A DNA stretch of 64,000 nt, from positions 320,001 to 384,000 of the forward strand of contig CAWFGO010000002.1 in the NCBI GenBank assembly GCA_963815455.1, read 5' to 3'. The notes below the pieces were generated by a model that saw only the letters and a program-made list of their open reading frames with translations, was not told the DNA's origin and searched no databases. The DNA is from an uncultured Verrucomicrobiae bacterium. Lineage in GTDB: Bacteria; Verrucomicrobiota; Verrucomicrobiia; Chthoniobacterales; UBA10450. The stretch's first letter is position 1. Each line of letters opens with the position of its first letter. Below, piece after piece: positions 1 to 12,249 of this stretch. A program made the translations under genes and the position numbers.

Positions 1-1027
1 CGAGAATTGGCGTCGGAGCGATGGCGCGCTATGCGTCGCAACATCGACATCGGCCGCAAGAGAACTGATGATCGTAACGCTGAGCCGGTTTCCCATTCGT
101 CCGTCAACCGCGGTTCCGAAAAGGATTTGCGTCCGGTCGTTCACGTGACGCCCGAGTTCTTTCATCAGGATTTCCACTTCCGACAACGTCATCGCCGGTC
201 CGCCCGCGACTTGAACCAAAACGTGAGCCGCATCGGAAAGCATTCGGCCTTTATCCATCAACGGATTTTTCAATGCCTGCGTAAGCGCATCATGCGCGCG
301 ATTGTCGGATATCGGCCTCGCCGAATCCGAACAAGCAGCGCCCGTTTTGACTGCGCAAGGCGGCCAGAAGATCGTCGAACCCGATGCGAATAAGGCCGGG
401 GCGTTGAATCAAATTCACAATCGCCCGCACACTTTGGCTGATGGTGATGTCGGCCCCCGCAAAGGCCTGATGAATCCCCGCTTTCGGCGCGACCATGTCA
501 CCCATTCGATCGTTCTCGAAACAGATGACCGCGTTCGCAATTTCGTTCAGGCGGGCCAGAGCATCGTTTGCCTGGGCCGCGCGCCGTTTGCCCTCGAAAG
601 AAAACGGCAGCGTGGCGAACGCGATCACCAACGAACCCGCTTCGCGGGCGAGTTGCGCCACCACTGGCGCCGCGCCTGAGCCGGTGCCGCCACCCAGCCC
701 GGCGCAAATGAAAATCATGCGTCCGCCGGCAAGCGCCTGCCGAATTTCGTCTGCCGATTCCAGCGCGGCCTGGTAACCAAGCTCGGGATCGCCACCGGCG
801 CCAAGGCCGCGAGTCACGCTTCGCCCGAGTTGCACTTTCACGGCCGCAACCGAGCTGGCCAGCGATTGCACATCGGTATTGACCGCCACCAGATCGGCGC
901 GCTCCAGACCATCGAGCACGACGCGATCGAGCGCGTTCGAGCCCGCGCCGCCCACGCCGACAACTTTGATCGGAATAATTTCATCCTGGCGTTCGGGCAG
1001 ACTGTAATTCTTGCTCAGTTGAATCAT
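1..1027 (-). CDS. ftsZ: Cell division protein FtsZ (3' end runs off the window; frameshift near 300)
   Basis: IKVVGVGGAG, NTDVQSL, GLGAGGDPELG and the tubulin motif GGGTGSG are present. After the shift the frame continues as NRAHDALTQALKNPLM...SVTII. Confidence 0.95.
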
Positions 1028-1070
1028 GTCGTTCTTTCCGTTGTTAGTGTGGCACCGCGCAAAACAGCTC

Positions 1071-1213
1071 TGTCATCCTGAGCGAAGCGAAGGATCTCGC
1101 GAATTCGGCCGTTTATTACGAACTTCGACGAATGTTGCTGCCCCGACGACGTGTTGAACGCTTGCGTGATTGATCGGCCCATCGCGAGATCCCTCGCTTC
1201 GCTCGGGATGACA
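1071..1213. repeat. Inverted REP-like pair (TGTCATCCTGAGCGAAGCGAAGGATCTC ... GAGATCCCTCGCTTCGCTCGGGATGACA)
   Basis: Two arms of about 28 nt are near reverse complements. The same family occurs at 44041 and 63393. Confidence 0.85.
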
Positions 1214-1238
1214 AGGTTGGAGTGCGTGTCGTGATACA

Positions 1239-2447
1239 TCATCGCATTCCGCTGAAGAGCTTATTGATAATCCCTCGAATTCCCCGCCGCGGCCGATCGG
1301 CTTGAACGGCCTGGGCGTACTTTAGAAGGCCGATCGCCGTCGAGAATTGCGGGTTCTCGAATGCCGACGTGAGACCCGACATCGTTTGCGCATGGGCCAC
1401 ATGCGCCGGCATTTCGAAAATCTCCTCGGCCAAATGTTCGATGCCGTTTAGCAGACTGCACCCGCCTGTCACGAACACGCCCGCGCCGGTGTAATTGATG
1501 AACGGCTGCTCCTCCAGTGTCCGTTTCAGCAGCTCGAGAATTTCCCGAACGCGCAAATTGACGATCGTGTTGAGCGTCTCGCGTTCAACTTCTTTGCCGG
1601 CAAATCCGGAATCGTCTTTCAGCAGGATCGTTTCGCCAGGAAGACAATTGCCCAGAATCACGCTTCCCTCCTCGATCTTCAGCTTCTCAGCTCGCGCCAT
1701 CGGAATGCGCAGGCCCATCGAAATGTCGTTGGTAATGTGGTCGCCGCCCACGGCCAGAGCGCCGCTTTGTTTACCGCGCCATCAGCATATAAAATGTAAT
1801 CGGTTGTCCCGCCGCCCATGTCGATGACCAAGCGCGCCGAGATCTTTTTGGTGTTGAGTGAGCACAACCTGCGCGGAAGCGAGCGCGCCGAACACCACGT
1901 CCTCGACTTCGAGCGGCAGCTCTTTCACGCATCGGATGGTGTTTTGAATCCGGGTCCTTACGCCGTGGATGATGTGAAAATCAGCCTCTAATTTTTGCCC
2001 GAGCATCCCAATCGGATTGAGCACGCCATCCTGACCATCGACATGGTAATGCTGAATGATCGAGTGCAGGAACGCGTTCTGCGCGGGAATGCTTACTTCA
2101 CGCGCGCTGATCTTCACATCTTCGATGTCCTGTTCGTCGATCTCGTCGCGATCTTCCGGCAACGTAACGGAGCCTCGATTGTTGAAGCTTTGAATGTGCG
2201 ACCCGGCCACGCTCACGAACACGCTGCGAATCATCACGTCGCTTTTTTGTTCGGCATCCACCACGGCCTCATGCACGCATTTCATCGCCGTCTCGAAATC
2301 GACGATCTCGCCTTTGCGCACACCGCGCGAAGGCGACTGGCCGACGCCGAGGATTTTGACCGTGCCATCGGTGCGGCTTTCGCCTACCACCACGCAAATT
2401 TTCGACGTGCCAATTTCCAGACCGACCATCAAATCGCCACTTGCCAT
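1239..2447 (-). CDS. ftsA: Cell division protein FtsA (frameshifted)
   Basis: VGLEIGTSK, VIDMGGGTTD, GGDHITNDI, VTGGCSLL and STAIGLL motifs, split over three ORF pieces. Confidence 0.93.
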
Positions 2448-3534
2448 TGCGTTAGTCTCCTTCCCGTGATCGACTGGAATCGCGCTTGCCGTATCGAGGT
2501 GCGATGACGCTGTCGGGCGCGTTTGATGTCGTTTCGCTTTCGACGGGTCGGTTGGCCGGCGAAGGCAGGTATGGCCTTCAGGATTTGCGGGGCGTGGCCG
2601 CGGGATCAATCGTATCGTTAATCACTGCGGCGGCAGATTTCGTGAAAGTGACTGGAATGTTGCGTTGCACCAGCAGATTCGCAGTGGCGAGTTCTTGTTT
2701 CGTGTCGTCCGAATAAACAAGAAATTGTTCGAGCCGATTCAATTGCATATCGAGATTATCGAATCCGAACGTGACCCGCGTATGATTCTTGTCCGTCACG
2801 ACAAGACTATAACCCCTCGACACATCGATCTCGCGAATTTGAAAGCGCGTCTGCATAAAGCTGCCGGTGCTTAAGCCGCAACAATTCCAGCGCCGCTTTG
2901 GCTTCGAACGACTCGACGATTTTCCCCGCCTCGAGCGATTCGCTCGAGCACCCCAAAATAAGTGGAAGTCCCAGATATTCGGGCAACAATTTCTTTTCTT
3001 TCATCAAAACTCCGCGCCCGTCCACTAGAAAAGCGCCATCAGTCGAAAACGGATCGACGATCTGTTTTTCGCCGGTGATCCACGCGATCGGTTTGCGTTC
3101 GGTAACTTGAATGTCGATCTCGCCAGGCAACTTGCGCACCACTTGCACCTCATCCACTTGCGGAAGCTCCTGCAAACGATCGTGAACACCTCCCGAGATT
3201 CACCGCGAAAATATTTTCTCCCTCGCGCAGATCGGCCGTTTTCAAAATCTGGTCCCGTTGCAACGTGCCGTCGGTCTGCACTTCGATTGCACGCAGCTGG
3301 TAATCAGGATTTTGAAAGAAGAAACGGTCCGCGCCGCGCTTGATTCCGATGATAAGCCCCGAAGGCACAAATTCCGCAGACCAGCGCAAGTTTCGAAACG
3401 AACACCAGAACGCGGCGATTTCGTTGCTGGGTCGCGCTGCGCGAGCGCACTTTCACGTCGAGCAAATGTTGCCCGCGCCGCTGACGCCAACTCGAGACCC
3501 GTTGATTGCGCGCGCGCTTCTGCACGCGTCTCAT
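2440..3534 (-). CDS. ftsQ: Cell division protein FtsQ/DivIB (frameshifted; 3' end approximate)
   Basis: Basic N-terminus, one TM segment and POTRA-like LPQVDEVQVVRKLPGEIDIQVTERKPIAW; lies between ddl and ftsA. Confidence 0.8.
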
Positions 3535-4468
3535 TTCGCGGCTCCTTTCATCCGCTCACGCGAGAGCTCGATAATGCGCAGAACAAAGATCGACATAACT
3601 GATTCCGGCGGCCGCGGCGGCTTCGGGCAGCAGACTCGCTTCGGTCATCCCGGGAATCGTGTTGATTTCCAGCACGAACGGTTCGCCGCTTTCGGGCAGG
3701 ATGACATCGACGCGCCCATACACTTGCAAGTCCAGCGCCCGAAATGCGCGCAACGCCAGCTCCTGGATCTCATGCGTTTTTTCCTTGTCGATCTTGGCCG
3801 GGCAAACGTGCGTCGCGCCGCCTCCCGCCTGCGGATTCAGAAACGGATACTTATTGTTGAAATCGTAAAAACCGCCCTTCGGAATTATCTCGATGATTGG
3901 CAAGGCTTGATCACCGAGGATACCAATCGTCAATTCTCGCCCCAGACACGAATTTTTCGATCAACAATTCGCTTGATCGAATTTCGCAGCCTCGGCAATG
4001 GCGAAATCCAGATGTTCTGCGTTTTTAACAATGACCACGCCGACGGTGGACCCTTCGCGCGGCGTCTTGACCACGAGTGGAAGTGCAATAGTGGGGCGTT
4101 GGCCCGGATGAACGACCTCCCATTCCGGCGTCGTTACACCGTGATCCCGAAATTTTTCCTTCGACCGAATCTTGTCGAAGGCAGTTTCGCTTCCGTCACA
4201 TCTTCGCCCGTATAAGCGAACACCGCGCTTTTCCAGGATTCTTTGGACTTGTCCATCTTCGCCGAAAGTTCCGTGCGAAGGTGATAAAGCCAAGATCGAC
4301 ATCGTTCGGCAGCTGAAAATTTTCGTCCCGAACATCGACATCGACAACTTCCGCGCCTAACGAGCGAAGCGCTTTCGAAACGCCAGCCGCGGTCGCGAGC
4401 GAAACTTTTCTTTCCGATCCCGGGCCGCCCATCAAGACTGCGATTTTTTTTGGTAACTCTCGGTCCAT
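3531..4468 (-). CDS. ddl: D-alanine--D-alanine ligase (frameshifted)
   Basis: AVLMGGPGSERKVSL, HGTFGEDG, REGSTVGV, GRVD and LEINTIPGMTEASLLP motifs. Confidence 0.93.
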
Positions 4469-6771
4469 CACCCTGGTTCCCCCACAATTTGCACTTCTGT
4501 CTTCAACTCAATACCCCGCTTTGCTCGCGCCGTCGCTTTGATCTTGTCGATCAACTCAATCACCTCGGCACGCCGACGCGCCGCCGTCATTCACGATGAA
4601 ATTGCCATGCACCTCCGACACCCGCGCATTGCCAACGCGCGAATTTTTCAATCCGAGCTCATCCACCAGTTTTCCCGCCGGGCACGAATCGGGGTTCTTG
4701 AAAATGCAGCCTGCGCTCCTGGCCGCTGGTTGAGACGTGCGCCGTTTTTCCTGGGACGCCTCCAGCTGCTCGTCGATCTCCTCGGCCGCGCGCCGAGTGC
4801 CCGCGAAAAACAGCCGAGACGGCAAAATTATTCTCGAGCAATGGGAAATGCCGGTAATGCACTTCCAGTTCGTCTCTCGTTTTTTCGTGAGCATTGCCCT
4901 CGGAGTCGAGATACCGAATCCGCACCAGATTTTCAAAAAGCTGCGCGCCCATGGCGCCGGCATTCATCCGCAGCCCGCCGCCAACCGCGCCTGGAATTCC
5001 CTCCATCCATTCCAGTCCGCCCAGACCGGCGCTCTTCCCCGCGTATGCGATCTCCTTCAATTTGGCGCCGACTCCAGCTGTGATCTCGTTCGCCGTCAAT
5101 GTCGATCTTATCGAAATCGCCGCCGCTTGGATGAACCACCACGCCTCGAATCCCGCCATCGCGAACGAGCAGGTTCGATCCGCGGCCAATGACGAAAAGC
5201 GGAAGATTTTCGCGCCGGCAGAAGCGAATCAATTCCGCCAGCGCATTCTCGTTGCGCGGCTCAACCCAAAATTCCGCCGGGCCACCGACGCGCAAGTGTG
5301 GTGTGTTTCGAAAGCGGTTCGTAAAGGCGAACGTCGCCCTCTTCGCCTACGATCGACTTCAATTTTTCCGCGATCACGAGATCTGCCGCGAGGATCGACA
5401 ATTGCTCGTGAATATTTCCCGCGCCCAGACTCAGAACGAGATCGCCGCGTCCAACATGCTGCCTACATCGCGATGCACCCAATCCAAACGCGGCTGATAA
5501 CTGACCCCGCGATGACCGTGCGCCGCGATTTCATCGGCGATCGTTTGGCCGCTAATTCCGGGAATCGGCGGTTCGCTGGCGGGATAAACATCGGTCACCA
5601 CCACGCGGTCGGCGTCGTCGAAAGCCTTGCCAAATTCCTTGCGCCAGCGCTTTGGTGCGCGAATATCGATGCGGTTGAAACATCGTCAGCACGCGCTTGC
5701 GTTTGCGGCCCGGGCCGTCTTCAACGTGGCGCGGATCTCGGTGGGATGATGCGCGTAGTCGTCCACCAGCAAGAAACGATCGCTCTCATATTTGATTTCG
5801 AACCGGCGGCGCGCGTGCTCGAACTTGCGAAGTGAAGCGGCAATTTTTTCGAATGGAATTCCCAGCTCGGTCGCCAGCGCAATCACGCCTACCGCATTGT
5901 GGACGTTATGCCGTCCCGGAACGTTTAGAACCGCCTCGCCCAACTCGCTCGCCGCGCCGGTGAACACAAAAAACAGATGTGAAATCGCGAAGATCGACAT
6001 CGGTGGCGCGATAATCGGCCTGCTCGGAAAATCCATAGGAGATCGAGCCCTGTCGCTGCCGCGCACAGTCGAGCGCAATTTGCGTCATCGGCATTATAAA
6101 AAACTGTGCCGCTCGTTTGCTCGATCAGCTGGACGAAGACTTCTTCGATCGCGGCCAGATCCTCGTAAAAATCGAGATGTTCTTCTTCTATATTTAGAAT
6201 GAGCGCATGCTTCGGGATGGAAATATCGAATCGTTCCGTCGCTCTCGTCGCCTTCGGCCACGAAATATTCGCCGCGCGGGTCCCAGTGCGCATTTGCGCC
6301 AAGAATCGGAATTTCCGCGCCGACGTAATGCGACGGATGCAGTCCGCCTTCACGCAACCCGTGCGCAGCCATGGCCGAGGTGGTGGTTTTGCCGTGCATT
6401 CCCGCGATGACAATGCCGCGCTTGCCGCGCATGATCGCGGCCAGGGCTTCGGCCCGTCGCACGATCCGCTTTCCGGAATCGCGAGCGTCTAAAAGGATCG
6501 GATTGTCGCTCTTGATCGCAGATGAAAAAATCACAAGCTCGGCGTCTTTGGCGTCGTCCGCTCGATGTTCCTGAAAAAAACGCAGGCCAAGTCGCTGCAA
6601 ACGGTCCGTCTCGAGCGAGCTCACTTTGTCCGAGCCTCTCACTTCGTGTCCGAGATCGATCAGAAGCGCAGCGATCCCGCTCATCCCGCTTCCGGCCACG
6701 CCGATGAGATGAATTCTGTGCCGCTCGCGCGTCAGCAACTTGGTCAGTTCCAAATCAGAGTCGCGTTTCAT
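4468..6771 (-). CDS. murC/murB: MurC-MurB fusion (UDP-MurNAc:L-Ala ligase plus UDP-GlcNAc-enolpyruvate reductase), frameshifted
   Basis: MurC motifs IGVAGSGMS, GMHGKTTT, EGDESDG, DDYAHHPTE and LSLGAGNI. The same frame (ORF 5261..5482) continues into MurB EPLSKHTT, followed by VGGPAE, GRGSNLL, GIPGAVGG, MNAGA, SAGCIFKNP and HGNFIVN. Confidence 0.88.
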
Positions 6772-7855
6772 GAGTCGTATATTTTTCCATGGTCGCGACC
6801 ACGAGCCCGGCGGCGTTCTTCGGCGCCAGACGCGCACAATATTCCGACATGCGGTGCAGTTGCTGCGGGTTTGCGTTCAATTCCCCGATCTTGCGCGCGA
6901 GCAAATCAACCGACAATTCCGATTCCTTCAACAGAATTGCCGCGCCCGAGCGAACAAAAATCTCGGCGTTGCGCGTTTGATGATCGTCGGTCGCGTAAGG
7001 GTAAGGGATTAAAATCGACGGGAGCGCAAAGAATGCGATCTCGGCCAGACTGGCTGCGCCGGCCCGGGCAATAACCAGATCCGCCGCGCTGTACGGCTCT
7101 TCCATCTGATGATGGAACGCAGCCACGTAGGCGGGAATATTTTCGCGGCGATAATTGTCGGCCACAAGACGTTCCTCCCGTGCGCCGGTCAGATGGATGA
7201 TCTGCAGCGGCGCGGCCGCGCAATAATGGGATCGCCTTAATCATCGCTTGGTTAATCCCGCTCGCGCCCTGGCTCCCTCCCATTACCAGAACAGTCGGCA
7301 AATTATCGCACAGTCCGAGTTTCAGGCGGGCTGACATGTCGATCCAGGCGTTTGAGGTCGGTCCGAATTGGCGTGCCCGTGATCTCGGTCCGCACTTTCG
7401 GAAAAAAAGTCGCGCGCTTCCTTGAAGCCGAGCATGACCGCGCGAACAAATCGGGCCGTCCACCGATTCGCTTTGCCGGGAATGGCGTTGGATTCGTGAA
7501 TGAAAGTGGCGGCGCCGCGCATCCGGCCGGCCAGGACCGGAGCGGTGGAAGTGAAACCGCCCATGCCGAGCACGACTTGCGGCTTGAACTTGCCATAAAG
7601 CGACCGGCAGATCGACAGACTGCCGGTGAAACGCCTAACGAAACCAAAAATAGCCGGCGAATAGAGCGAAGGGAACCCAACCGTGGGCAATTTTTCGAAT
7701 CGGAGATCGGAATGCCCGGAAAGCGCGAGCATGTCGATCTCCTTTTCCGAGACCAGCAGCATGACTTGATGACCGCGATCACGCAGCACTTCGGCCACGG
7801 CAATGCCGGGAAAGAGATGTCCGCCGGTTCCACCACATGCAATCACTGCGTTCAT
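6755..7855 (-). CDS. murG: MurG glycosyltransferase (frameshifted)
   Basis: GGTGGHLFPG, GMGGF, HESNAIPGKAN, MGGSQGA, RAGAAS and DHQTRNA motifs. Confidence 0.95.
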
Positions 7856-7869
7856 GCGAATAGAGACAT

Positions 7870-7960
7870 AGGTGGATCGGCCGCTCCGCGGGCGATGCCA
7901 GAAATCATGCGGCTTCGCCGCCTAAATTTAGCATCGAGCAAGGGACTGCTCGATCCACCT
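7870..7960. repeat. Palindromic element AGGTGGATCG...GCGGCTTCGCCGC...CGATCCACCT
   Basis: 10-bp terminal inverted repeats with an inner hairpin. The reverse complement of 7870-7923 closely matches 20014-20066. Confidence 0.8.
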
Positions 7961-7992
7961 GGTGTGCGTCTTGCGTTCATGGTCGATCCTGG

Positions 7993-9137
7993 TCAAATCC
8001 GCGGCGTCATTCTCACTTGGAGCGCCGTGCGTCTCTTGTTACCGGGTTCTAAAATCCCCTGGCGATAAATGTTTAGCAGCAGCCCAATCCCGAACAGGCA
8101 GGCGACCAGGTTCGAACCGCCGTAGCTGATGAACGGCAGCGGCAGACCTTTGTTCGGTAGAAGCGACGTGGTTACTCCGATATTCATCGCCGCTTGCAAC
8201 CCAAGCAGCGCGACAATGCCGGAACCGAGCAACAAGACCGAAACGGTCTTTGGCATGTAGCGCGATCATCATCCCGCAAATAATAATCACCACGAACAGG
8301 AACACGATCGCCAGCGTGACGCGCAATCCCAGCTCTTCGCCAATGATCGGGAAAATGAAATCGGTGTGGGCATAAGGAAGATAGAGCATTTTCTGGCGGC
8401 CATTGCCCAAACCGAGCCCTTCGATTCCTCCGCTGCCCAGAGCGATCAACGCCTGCATCTGCTGCAAGCCCGCGTCTTCCTTGAAACGCGCCGGATCAAG
8501 AAACGCGGAAAGACGACCCATGCGTTCCGATATTTGCGTGGCAATAACAAGAATACCGCCCAGACCAGTGAGCGAAACCAGGCCGAGCAAAATCGGATTC
8601 GCTCCGGCGACGAACATCACCACAAACGCCGTCATGGCGAGCAACGCCGTGGTGCCGAGATCGACCTCGAAAAGGATCAGTCCAAGCAGCGGTTCCGACG
8701 ATGGCCAGCGGCAGAACAAAATTGTATAACGGATTGCTACCCGCTTTTTCGTACCGGGTGAACCACCATGCGAGAAAAAATAGGGCGGCGATTTTGGCGA
8801 TTTCCGAGGGTTGAAAACCGAACTGCCCAAAGCCCACCCAACGCCGGGAGCCGTTGATGCGCATCCCGATATGCGGAACGAAACAAAACGCCAGCGCGAC
8901 GAGCGCGATGGCAAACCAAATCCACCAGGTCCGTTGCCAGAAATGGTAATCGATCAGCGCGGCCAGGATGCAGATGGCGAGGCCGATCCCGAACCAAACG
9001 GCCTGACGTTTGATGAAAAATGAAACGTCTCCATGACTGTCGCGCGCGAAAGCGCTGGTGCTGAATAGCATGACGATGCCGACAACGAGCAACGCCAGCA
9101 CAGCGAGAAATAGAAAGTATGCGCTCTTACGATGCAT
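7993..9137 (-). CDS. ftsW: SEDS protein FtsW (frameshifted)
   Basis: NGSRRW, QPSEIAK, GLGNGRQK, LPYAHTDFIF, GEELG and LPFISYGGS motifs. Confidence 0.95.
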
Positions 9138-9151
9138 GATGGATAGAATTT

Positions 9152-9209
9152 GGGAGCGCACGCATCCTGCGTGCAGTCTTCGGCGAGCACGCTGGAAGCG
9201 TGCGCTCCC
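9152..9209. repeat. REP-like palindrome GGGAGCGCACGC...GCGTGCGCTCCC
   Basis: Perfect 12-bp inverted ends enclosing two hairpins; related to 19529-19666. Confidence 0.8.
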
Positions 9210-9227
9210 CTAAATTCCAGCTTCTTC

Positions 9228-9805
9228 TCATTCGTCGGTCTTTCCCTTCGCGGGCTTCGGGATTAGCAGTTTTGTCCCGATCTGTAATTTGCGCGGATCG
9301 TCAATGTGGTTGAGCTCCATTAAATCGTCGTAAGCGACCTTGAATTTCTTCGCGATGGTCACTGGATTATCGCCTTTGACAACCACGTAAACTTTTCCGG
9401 AATCGACGGGCGTCGCCGCGTGCTCGCTCGCTTTGGCGTGATTAGCTCTTGTGTTCTTCCTTTGCGATTGATTTTGCCGGCGCGTGGGACGGCTTCGCTT
9501 CCTCGCTCGGAGCGTCTTGTTTTTCCAGAGCCGTTGTCGATGCTGCGGCGGGAACCGAGCTGCTCGTCGGGCTGGCGGACGCGCTCGGCACCACGGAGAC
9601 CTGTCGCGTCTTGATCGCGTTGAAGGCGATAATCCCGGACACCGCGACGACATGGAGAACCAAAACGATCAGCAAGCGCGCGAGACAGCTTCATGTTCGG
9701 CTCGGACATATCGTCGTAGCCCATTTCGGCGGAAGCGCGCAGGGACGCGGCGCGCGGTGGTTGTCGCCCGAAGTTTTTTGCGACGGAAAACTTTGGGATT
9801 TTCAT
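9228..9805 (-). CDS. Membrane-anchored LysM-domain protein (frameshifted)
   Basis: TM segment LIVLVLHVVAVSGIIAF, a Ser/Ala/Pro linker, and C-terminal LysM YVVVKGDNPVTIAKKFKVAYDDLMELNHIDDPRKLQIGTKLLIP. Confidence 0.85.
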
Positions 9806-11152
9806 TTTGATTTGAGGGAGGGCTTGCACGAGCGCGCGAAATTGATCGCCGCGATCGGCGTAGCTTTTGAACATGTCGAAGGAAGATGTGCCCGGGGAAA
9901 AGAGGACCACCTCGCCCGGTTTGGCGATGGCGTGGGCGCGCTCGACCGCATCGGCCAGCGAACCTGCGATTTCGGTATTGACCGCGCCGTCCCAGGAGTG
10001 CGCGATGCTTTCGGCCATTTCGCCGATTAAAATTGTCGATCTTACTTTTTCTTTCACCAGCGCGCGGAGCGGATCGAAGGTGAAACCCTTGTCCTTGCCA
10101 CCGGCGATCAGGACCACCGGCTTGGTTTGCGCCCGCAGCGCTTTCTCGACCGCATCGAGGTTGGTTGCCTTGGAATCGTTGATGTAACTCACGCCGGCGA
10201 CTCTCCCGCACAAATTCGCACCGATGCGGCTGCGGCTCGTAAGCTGCAGAGCGGCGGCGCCATTTTTTCAAACGACAAGCCGCGCGCCATGCCGGCGGCC
10301 AGCGTTGCCATCAGATTCTCGATGTTGTGCGAGCCGCGCAATTTCGTCGTCGGCCAGACGCAGAACCGGTTCGTTTCGATAAACAATCGCGCCATCGGAA
10401 AGCCGGAAATCGGCCTTGATCGGAATAAGCGCTAAAGGTGATTTTGCGCGGCCGGATTTCCGGCAGACTTTCGAGCCGCGTTGACGACGCGCCACGTCTT
10501 CTCGGTCTGGTTCTCGAAAATCCGCAGTTTCGCTGCGCGATATTCTGCCGACCGAACGATAACGATCGAGATGATCGGGGGCGAAGTTGAGCCAGAGACT
10601 GATCGATGGCCGGAATGTTCGGATCGTCTTCCAGTTGAAACGAACTCACCTCGACCGTGAGCACGTCGAATTGCTTTTTCTCGCGCGCCACTTCGGAAAG
10701 CGGTTTGCCAATGTTGCCGCAGGCAATCGTGCTCTGGCCGCACGCGTTCAACATTTGCGCGAGCAACTCAGTCGTGGTGGTCTTGCCGTTGGTGCCAGTG
10801 ACTGCGATGACCGGCGCTTTCACAAAATTGCCAGCCCAGCTCGAGCTCGCCGATGATGTCGATTTCCGCTCGAAAAAGTTACGGGCCAGGGCCGAGACCG
10901 GATCGATTCCCGGGCTCAACACCGCGAACTGATAGGTGGACGAATCCTTCTCCGCTTCCGGCCCGCAGACGATGCGAATCCCTTGCGCGCGCAAGATTGT
11001 CGAGCGTGGATTTGAGTAAATTTTTTTCTTCCGCGCTGTCGAGGACGGTAACGTTTGCGCCTTCTGTCCGCAGCAAAAGCGCAGCGGCGGTGCCGCTCAA
11101 GCCCGCGCCGAGCACGGCAACGTTTTGGTCTTTGTAACGGGACGGTTTTCAT
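9802..11152 (-). CDS. murD: MurD ligase (frameshifted; stop approximate)
   Basis: [40 protein letters not shown] and [10 protein letters not shown] motifs. Confidence 0.93.
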
Positions 11153-12249
11153 CTCAGTTTCAGCGTGGCCAGACCGAGCAGGGCGAAAATCGGCGGAAAG
11201 AATCCAAAATCGCACGATCACGGTGTTTTCCTTCCAGCCGATCAATTCGAAATGATGATGGATCGGCGACATGGCGAAAATTCGGCGGCCGGTCAGTTTG
11301 AAACTGAGCACCTGCAAAATCACCGAGACCGCTTCGATCACAAAAATCCGCCGACTACGACGAGAAGCAGTTCCTGTTTACAACAGATCGCTACAACGCC
11401 GATCATGCCACCAATGGCGAGCGAGCCGGTGTCGCCCATGAAAACTTTCGCCGGATGACAGTTGAACCAGAGAAAGCCAAGACCCGCGCCGATCAGCGCG
11501 GCACAAACTACCGTGAGCTCGCCGGTAAATGGATAGAATGGGACCTGCAAATATTCGGCGATCCGGAAATTGCCCGCCGCATAGGTAAGCAACGCGTAGG
11601 CGAATGCAACCGTGACCGTGCAACCGATCGCGAGGCCATCAAGACCGTCGGTCAGATTGACCGCGTTGGATGCCCCGACAATGACCAGCGCGAAAAAGAA
11701 AAAAGTAAACCAGCCCATGTTCGTGATGACCGGCGCCTTGATAAACGGCACATAAAGCGAACGCGCCTGGACTTCGAGCAACGGACTGGTGAGAAAAACC
11801 GCCGTGACGATGGCGGCAAGAATGAATTGGAATAGCAGCTTGTAGCGGCCGCTCACACCGGCCGATTTTTTCTTCGTCACTTTCAGGTAGTCGTCCGCGA
11901 AACCCAATGCGCCGAGATAAAGCATGGTGAACAAGGCGAGCCAGACGAAACGATTATCCGGGCGCGCCCAAAGCACGCTGGAAATAACCACGGCGCCAAT
12001 GATGAGCACGCCGCCCATCGTCGGCGTGCCCTGCTTGCCGCCGTGGAGCTCGGCCAGGCGATGAACTTCCGCCGCCAAGCGAATTGGTTGACCCAACTTC
12101 AAGCGCCGTGAGTTTCGAATCACCCAGTTCCCGAACACGAGCGAGATCGCGAACGCGGTCACGGCGCCCGCCACTGCTCGGAACGTGACGTAAAGGAAAA
12201 CGTTGAAGCCGCCGAATTGATCGCTTAGCCGATGAAGGTAATACATCAT
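11149..12249 (-). CDS. mraY: Phospho-N-acetylmuramoyl-pentapeptide transferase (frameshifted)
   Basis: [38 protein letters not shown] and PIHHHFE motifs. Confidence 0.96.

Noticed and set aside
3340..8068. Long plus-strand ORFs (for example 3340..4215, 4894..5835, 7352..8068) and similar antisense ORFs elsewhere
   Set aside because: These are shadow ORFs opposite well-supported genes in GC-rich DNA, with no recognisable motifs.
9359..10213. Apparent MurD-LysM fusion in a single ORF
   Set aside because: The junction contains an ATGA that fits a normal stop/start overlap, and indels are dense nearby, so it is most likely an artefact.
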